Below, one piece after another: positions 8,731 to 13,355 of a stretch of 13,355 bases of DNA; positions within the stretch are counted from its first letter, which is position 1; the number at the start of each line of letters is the position of its first letter. The notes below the pieces were generated by a model. It worked only from the letters and a program-made list of their open reading frames with translations, searched no databases and had not been told where the DNA came from. Source of the DNA: a bacterium (GTDB lineage: Bacteria; Arandabacterota; Arandabacteria; Arandabacterales; JALGWA01); NCBI GenBank assembly GCA_050125095.1, contig JASFEA010000087.1, forward strand, positions 1 through 13,355, given 5' to 3'. A program made the position numbers and the translations under genes.

Positions 8731-9201
8731 ATGAGCGATTTCAGATCGGTGGCGGAGAAGGTCTTCTCAAACAAGTATGTCGTGTTCGCCGCAAGGCTGA
8801 TCCTCGGAGTCGTGTTCATTTACGCTTCCCTGGAGAAGATCCAGAATCCGGAGGGATTCGCCCAGGCGATTTACAACTACAGAATGGTGCCCGAATCGCT
8901 GATAAATATAATGGCGATTCTGCTGCCCTGGCTGGAGCTCATTTGCGGCATCCTGGTTATCGTCGGCGTTTTCGTCAGGGGAAGCGCGCTCCTGATAGGA
9001 GCCATGCTGGCGGTCTTCATCGTGGCGCTGTCGAGCGCTCTCCTGCGGGGGCTCGACATCAGCTGCGGCTGTTTCACGCTTGAGGGGGGACGGGGCATTG
9101 CCGGCAAGACGCTTGTGGAGGACATTCTGCTCATGATATGCGTGGCCATAGCACTTCTCCACGGCGGCAAGGTCTTCTCCTTCAAGAAGGGGCTCAATTG
9201 A
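8731..9201 (+). CDS. MauE/DoxX family redox-associated membrane protein
   Basis: TAAATG coupling; RLILGVVFIYASLEKIQNP..FAQAI.NY, LPWLELICG and GLDISCGCF (MauE-type CGC) motifs; about four TM helices. Confidence 0.9.
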   Translation: MSDFRSVAEKVFSNKYVVFAARLILGVVFIYASLEKIQNPEGFAQAIYNYRMVPESLINIMAILLPWLELICGILVIVGVFVRGSALLIGAMLAVFIVALSSALLRGLDISCGCFTLEGGRGIAGKTLVEDILLMICVAIALLHGGKVFSFKKGLN

Positions 9202-9226
9202 CATAAGCCCCGCTCTGTAGTAATAT
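9198..9226 (+). promoter_or_regulatory. sigma70-type promoter for the selenoprotein unit
   Basis: TTGACA (9198-9203, overlapping the MauE TGA stop), 17-nt spacer, TAATAT (9221-9226). Confidence 0.7.
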
Positions 9227-9262
9227 TAGGCGGCAAAAAGCATGAGATCGGGGGGTTTTCTT

Positions 9263-10627
9263 ATGAAATCGAGTTGGCACATATTCCTCACTCTCACGCT
9301 GCTGTGCCTGCTCACGTCGATGCTGGCGGGCGGTGTCTGCAGCGCCGAGGAAAAGCGCATTATGATCGCGGTCACCGGGGACACCCAGGGCGAGATCGCC
9401 CCCTGCGGGTGACACTCGAGCGATAAGGGTGGTCTGGCCCGGCGGGCCGGCTTCGTTGATTCACTTGCTGAGGAGTACTCCAATTTGCTGCTCCTGGACG
9501 CGGGCAACTTCTTCGGCAGAAGGAGTCCGAGCAAGGAGAAGACGTATACCAAGGTGGTAATCGATTATATGAGGAAGACCGGGTATGACGTGGTCGGTAT
9601 CGGCGAGAGGGAAATGAACTACGGGCTCGCCTTCCTAGATGAGCAGATAAAGCAGGGACAGCTCGAGGCGGTATGCGCCAATCTCTATAATGGCAGCGAC
9701 TCGAGCCTCGTGTTCAGGCCGTACACCGTGCGTGAAGTGGGCGGAGTCAGGATAGGCATCATAGGCCTTCTGAACGACGATCCGCGCAGGGTGGGCGTTT
9801 TCGAGCAGCTGGAAGGCGTCTATGTCACCAATTACTATGAGGCCGCCTACGAGTTCCTTCCCGAGATCGAAGACAAGGCCGACATCGTCATAGCGCTCGC
9901 CGCCATCGGGCTGGGCAACGCCAAGCAGATGGTCAAGGACATCCCGGGTTTTGATGTCGTGCTGGTCGCCCACGGGGCCGACAGGACCCCCATGGCCGAG
10001 AAGGTCAACGAATCCATCATAATGAAGCCGGGCACCAAATCGAGTTCGCTGGGGACACTGCTGCTGGTGTTCGACGAGAACAACACTCTGATCGGCTATG
10101 ACGGCTACACGCACATGCTCAAGAAGAAGGGGCGGACCGATCCGCAGGTCGACAAGGTCGTGAAGGCCTGTGAGGAAAGCGAGGAGCAGAGGGCGAAGCT
10201 CCTGGCCAGGCGCAAGTACAAGCTCCCCAACATACCGCAGCGTCCCGAGGTGCTGGCCGCAAGGGGATATCTCGGATGGAACACGTGCCAGAAGTGCCAC
10301 GGGAAGATCCACGAGAGATGGTCGGAGGGCCCCCACGCGCACGCGTTTGAGACTCTGGCGGCCGACGACAGGTGGAACGATCCGGCGTGCCTGCCGTGCC
10401 ACGTGACCGGTTATGAGATCGCGGCCCAGCGGGATTCATCGGATATAAAGCCCGAGATGTGGAACGTGCAGTGCGAGGCCTGCCACGGCCCGGGTACGAT
10501 GCACCGGCGCGACGGCACCATGGCTCCCGTCGGCGAGAGCGTGTGCCTGAAATGCCATACGCCGGAATGGAGCCCCGACTGGAACTACGAGGAGGCGCTC
10601 AAGCGCGTCGACCACGGAAAGGAATAA
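9263..10627 (+). CDS. Predicted selenoprotein: exported UshA/5'-nucleotidase-like (CxU) domain fused to a tetraheme c554-type cytochrome c (454 aa, Sec at codon 50)
   Basis: ATG 9263 is in frame with the 9485 ORF. Translation: MKSSWHIFLTLTLLCLLTSMLAGGVCSA|EEKRIMIAVTGDTQGEIAPCG-(TGA 9410-9412)-HSSDKGGLARRAGFVD...LLLLDAGNFF. The domain continues across the TGA and a SECIS-like hairpin follows. Four CxxCH motifs at 10286, 10388, 10472 and 10544. Confidence 0.85.
9405..9468 (+). promoter_or_regulatory. Bacterial SECIS-like stem-loop for UGA 9410
   Basis: Upper stem CTGGCCC (9434-9440) / GGGCCGG (9444-9450) with G-led loop GGC; AGCGA (9419-9423) / TCGTT (9453-9457); lower stem GCGGGTGA (9405-9412) / TCACTTGC (9461-9468) containing the UGA. 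Folded by eye. Confidence 0.6.
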
Positions 10628-10637
10628 GGACAGAGGA

Positions 10638-10775
10638 TTGAGGTCCAAAGCGCTCACCATATTATTCATCTTCGTCTTCCTTGTTCTGCTCATAGCGGGC
10701 ATGCGCATGGGCGAACTCGGAGAGAATCTCTTCAACGGCAGCGTGCTATGACTGTCCTGCATAGGGATCGGGTGA
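10638..10775 (+). CDS. Predicted small membrane selenoprotein with C-terminal UxxC-IGIG motif (CD1871A-like CxxC family, 45 aa, Sec at codon 38)
   Basis: TTG 10638, 10 nt after the upstream TAA: MRSKALTILFIFVFLVLLIAGMRMGELGENLFNGSVL-(TGA 10749-10751)-LSCIGIG*. Matches small TM peptides ending CxxCIGIG that precede 4Fe-4S membrane proteins, with TGA at the first Cys position. Confidence 0.85.
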
Positions 10776-10787
10776 TCCCTTCGGTCA
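10749..10787 (+). promoter_or_regulatory. Bacterial SECIS-like stem-loop for UGA 10749
   Basis: Perfect 7-bp stem AGGGATC (10763-10769) / GATCCCT (10774-10780) with loop GGGT starting 18 nt after the UGA; lower stem TGACTG (10749-10754) / CGGTCA (10782-10787). Confidence 0.75.
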
Positions 10788-10813
10788 GGCCCGGGTAACT
10801 AGGAGTCGGGGTT

Positions 10814-11659
10814 ATCGTCGCCAGCATCGGTAGTTTCCTCAGGAAGCGCAGAGTCATACAGGCCATCTCCGCCTACGCCCATAACTTCTATATAACCGGA
10901 TTTATCAGCGTCGGGCTCTACCAGGGCGTCATGAAGAGCTTCTGCGCGCCCGGGCTCAACTGCTATGCCTGCCCTGCCGCGACCTTTTCCTGCCCTATCG
11001 GAACGCTTCAGCACTACGGCGTGGTCCGGCAGGTGCCGTACTTTCTGCTGGGATTTCTCGGGCTCGTCGGCCTGGGCGTAGCCAGGTTCACATGCGGCTG
11101 GCTCTGCCCGTTCGGTTTCTTCCAGGACATGATGAAGAAGATATCGAAGCGCGTGGTGCCGCTTCCGCCGCGGCTGACGTATCTCAAGTACGCTTTTCTC
11201 ATCGTGCCGGCGATTCTGCTGCCCATCTATCTGGGCGATTCCTGGTTCTCGAAACTCTGTCCGGCGGGCGGCCTGACTGCGGCGCTTCCCTGGGTGCTCA
11301 TGGACACGTCGCGGTCGGAGTCTCTCATGGGGATGGAAGTGAGACCCCTGGTAGGTACCCTCTTCTATATCAAGATGGTGATACTCGCGGCCTTCCTCGT
11401 GGGCATGGTCTTCATAAAGCGCCCCTTCTGCCGCCTGATGTGCCCCCTGGGAGCCATACTCTCGCTGTTCAACCGGTTCAGCATATTGCGGCTCAGGGTC
11501 GAAAAAGCCGCGTGCACCGGTTGCGGCCAATGCCACGCCAACTGCCCGGTGGACATATACCCCTACACCGAGGTCGACTCGCCCAACTGCATCAAGTGCC
11601 TCGAATGCACCAGGTGCCCCGAGGGCGCCATCAGGATTCAAGCGGTGCTGGGCAGGTAG
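10814..11659 (+). CDS. Membrane 4Fe-4S binding protein (NapH/MauN/RdxA-like polyferredoxin)
   Basis: CAPGLNCYACP..SCPIG, RFTCGWLCPFG, FSKLCPAG, RPFCRLMCPLG, CTGCGQCHANCP, CIKCLECTRCP; several TM helices. The frame is open back to TAA 10796-10798 and contains the family-typical RRVIQ N-terminus. The start is placed at ATC 10814 behind AGGAG and is uncertain; the first ATG is 10931. Confidence 0.8.
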   Translation: MVASIGSFLRKRRVIQAISAYAHNFYITGFISVGLYQGVMKSFCAPGLNCYACPAATFSCPIGTLQHYGVVRQVPYFLLGFLGLVGLGVARFTCGWLCPFGFFQDMMKKISKRVVPLPPRLTYLKYAFLIVPAILLPIYLGDSWFSKLCPAGGLTAALPWVLMDTSRSESLMGMEVRPLVGTLFYIKMVILAAFLVGMVFIKRPFCRLMCPLGAILSLFNRFSILRLRVEKAACTGCGQCHANCPVDIYPYTEVDSPNCIKCLECTRCPEGAIRIQAVLGR

Positions 11660-11661
11660 GC

Positions 11662-12411
11662 ATGGCTGGGGACTGGCGGGACGCGCTGGCCGGGCTCAAC
11701 CTGACCCGCGACTCCTATGTTACCGTTCTTACGGGCTCCGGATTCTCGGCCGAGAGCGGGGTTCCCACTTTCAGGGGCGAGGACGGCCTCTGGAGGAACT
11801 TCCGGGCCCAGGACCTGGCGACCCCCGAGGCCTTCGCCAGGGATCCCCGGCTCGTCTGGGAGTGGTATGACTGGCGAAGGGGCATAATAGCGGGTAAAGA
11901 GCCCAATCCCGCGCATTACGCCGTCACCGACCTTGAGAACATGTTCGAGCGATTCCTGCTTATCACGCAGAACGTCGACGGCCTTCACCGCCGCGCGGGC
12001 ACGGTGAAACTCGTGGAACTCCATGGATACATATTCGGGATGCGCTGCACGGCGGATGGGACGGTAACAGAAAACCTCGAAGTGCCGCTTGCCGCTATAC
12101 CGCCTGAGTGCGATTGCGGGGCGATGCTCCGGCCCGATGTGGTCTGGTTCGGGGAGGCCCTGCCGGAGCGCGCGATAACCGCAGCGCTCGACGCCTCGCG
12201 CGAGTGCGACCTCATGCTGGTCGCCGGCACGGCCGCAGTCGTCCAGCCCGCCGCTTCCATGCCGCTCATGGCCAAGCAGGCCGGCGCCTTCGTAATCGAA
12301 ATAAACACCGAGTTCACGCCCATATCCCCGTATGTCGACCTGACGCTCCAGGGCAAGGCGGGGGCGATGATGACGCAGATGGTGTCGGCCTTGAGAGACC
12401 TCATAACTTAG
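11662..12411 (+). CDS. cobB: NAD-dependent protein deacylase, class III sirtuin
   Basis: ATG 2 nt after the upstream TAG; VLTGSGFSAESGVPTFRG, WEWYDWRR (Tyr/Arg pair of desuccinylase-type CobB), ITQNVDGLH, ELHG, LRPDVVWFGE, VQPAA, IEIN motifs. Confidence 0.95.
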   Translation: MAGDWRDALAGLNLTRDSYVTVLTGSGFSAESGVPTFRGEDGLWRNFRAQDLATPEAFARDPRLVWEWYDWRRGIIAGKEPNPAHYAVTDLENMFERFLLITQNVDGLHRRAGTVKLVELHGYIFGMRCTADGTVTENLEVPLAAIPPECDCGAMLRPDVVWFGEALPERAITAALDASRECDLMLVAGTAAVVQPAASMPLMAKQAGAFVIEINTEFTPISPYVDLTLQGKAGAMMTQMVSALRDLIT

Positions 12412-12440
12412 TTGACTATTGGCAGTAGCGTTGCTAGTGT
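12412..12440 (+). promoter_or_regulatory. Putative sigma70-type promoter with extended -10
   Basis: TTGACT (12412-12417), 17-nt spacer, TAGTGT (12435-12440) preceded by TGn. Confidence 0.55.
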
Positions 12441-12468
12441 GTCTTGAGGTTATTAGCAAGGGACGTGC

Positions 12469-13355
12469 ATGAGGTATCGCTTCGCCACACCTTCTTTCCT
12501 TATAGCTCTGGCCCTCAGTCTGCTCATAGCCCTCGCTTTCACGGCGCCGGCGGCCGCCCAGGATGATCCCAGGTTCATATCCTTCGACGAGGCCGCGCCC
12601 GAGACCGACCCGGACCACAACAGCAACGCCGAAGCCGATCTCACTTACACATACGGCTACGTGGCCGGTGACACTCTTGTTATCGAGCTCGACTTCGCGA
12701 GCGAGTGGGGCGAGATGCACCTTATGGTTGCGCTGGAGCGGAACCGCGACGCCGATGGGGGCGCCTCAGACCCCTTCGAGTTCCCCGTGACGTACGGGCA
12801 CGCCGACAAGCCCGACTACGTCTTCACATACAAGTACAGCGCAAACGACTATGCCGACCTCAGGCGCTGGGGCGAGGGCGCCTGGGAGTTCTGGGCGCTC
12901 AGCAAGAGCACCTGGACCACGGATGAGGGGGATCCCGACAAGAACGCCCTCGGCATGGTGACAAAGACGGCCGATAAGGTCGTCTTCGCCTTCCCGTTCG
13001 ACGCCGTGGGCGGCGTGGCCCCGGACGATACCGTAATGGTGGAGGCCTATGTGACGCAGGAGCCGGGCGGTACCAAGTACAACGCGCTTGACTCCAACCC
13101 CCACGACGCTACCAATGACATGCTGCCCGACGCCGGAGACTGGACGGACACGGCCACCGAGACCGTGAACCTCTCGCAATGGGCCGAATGGGTGATTCCC
13201 GAATTCGGCGCCCCGCCCGCGCTCTCGGAGGCCGCAGCCGACCCGGATACGGTGCGGGGCTCGGAAGATGTGCTATTCAGCGTGCGGGTTACGGACGCCG
13301 GCGGGGGCATAGGCGACGTTACCGTCAACCTCTCGGCGCTCGGCGGCGAGGCGGA
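12469..13355 (+). CDS. Large secreted protein, 5' part (acidic beta-sandwich, possibly DOMON-like carbohydrate-binding domain plus Ig-like domain); truncated by the window edge
   Basis: AAGGGA SD and ATG 12469; signal peptide MRYRFATPSFLIALALSLLIALAFTAPAAA|QDD; open frame with no stop to the window end (hence absent from the ORF track); Asp/Trp/Thr-rich; ends ...VLFSVRVTDAGGGIGDVTVNLSALGGEA. The coding call is strong; the function is weak. Confidence 0.7.
   Translation, partial: MRYRFATPSFLIALALSLLIALAFTAPAAAQDDPRFISFDEAAPETDPDHNSNAEADLTYTYGYVAGDTLVIELDFASEWGEMHLMVALERNRDADGGASDPFEFPVTYGHADKPDYVFTYKYSANDYADLRRWGEGAWEFWALSKSTWTTDEGDPDKNALGMVTKTADKVVFAFPFDAVGGVAPDDTVMVEAYVTQEPGGTKYNALDSNPHDATNDMLPDAGDWTDTATETVNLSQWAEWVIPEFGAPPALSEAAADPDTVRGSEDVLFSVRVTDAGGGIGDVTVNLSALGGEA

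Noticed and set aside
9485-10627. ORF-track start at TTG 9485
   Set aside because: It begins mid-domain (LLLDAG strand) and lacks the signal peptide a c-type cytochrome needs.
9410-10751. In-frame TGAs as evidence of a genome-wide alternative code (UGA = Trp or Gly)
   Set aside because: TGA is a real stop for the ABC ATPase (3521), DUF1573 (8258) and MauE (9199) genes, Trp is TGG throughout, and the only internal TGAs are in Cys-paired motifs with hairpins.
9263-10775. Two nonsense-mutated pseudogenes
   Set aside because: Two independent stops, both TGA, both in CxU/UxxC positions, both followed by SECIS-like stems, with no other decay, fit Sec better. Not formally excluded because selABCD are not in the window.
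10773-10802. Read-through of the second TGA of the small peptide to TAG 10800
   Set aside because: The family ends at CIGIG-like residues, the extension SLRSGPGN has no recognisable motif, and I see no suitably placed second SECIS.
11522-11536. CGQCH as a heme c binding motif
   Set aside because: It is part of the ferredoxin motif CxxCxxCxxxCP in a probably cytoplasmic domain.
8731-11659. Methylamine utilisation (mau) or nap operon
   Set aside because: MauE-like and MauN/NapH-like genes are present, but no MauA/B/D/G or NapA/B/G homolog is visible in the window.
11092-11661. 439-aa ORF as an N-terminally extended sirtuin
   Set aside because: The first 190 codons are an off-frame shadow of the 4Fe-4S gene; the sirtuin fold starts after ATG 11662.
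1-13355. tRNA (including tRNA-Sec), rRNA, CRISPR array or mobile element
   Set aside because: Intergenic gaps are about 100 nt or less and are explained by promoters, SD sites and SECIS; no cloverleaf, spaced repeat array or transposase/integrase was seen.

Overview
GC-rich bacterial window from a diderm (it encodes an LptD-type protein). All genes lie on the + strand and are tightly packed. The left half is housekeeping and envelope: the 3' end of a probable purine nucleoside phosphorylase, accD-folC, an orphan MalK/UgpC/MsmX-type ABC ATPase, and a very long LptD with an expanded LptA/OstA-like N-terminus. The right half is a thiol/selenol redox cluster that the ORF track misses. It runs DUF1573 Ig-like protein (CxC), membrane-anchored rhodanese-like protein, MauE/DoxX protein (CGC), then two consecutive predicted selenoproteins. 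The first is an exported, catalytically degenerate UshA/5'-nucleotidase-like domain with a C-G-U motif fused to a tetraheme cytochrome c (9263..10627, UGA at 9410). The second is a 45-aa membrane peptide ending U-L-S-C-I-G-I-G (10638..10775, UGA at 10749). Each UGA is followed by a bacterial SECIS-like hairpin. Next come a NapH/MauN-like membrane 4Fe-4S protein that appears to need a non-canonical start (ATC 10814), a CobB sirtuin, and the 5' part of a large secreted protein. Four sigma70-like promoters sit at or just after upstream stop codons. All family assignments come from motif recognition by eye; no searches were run.
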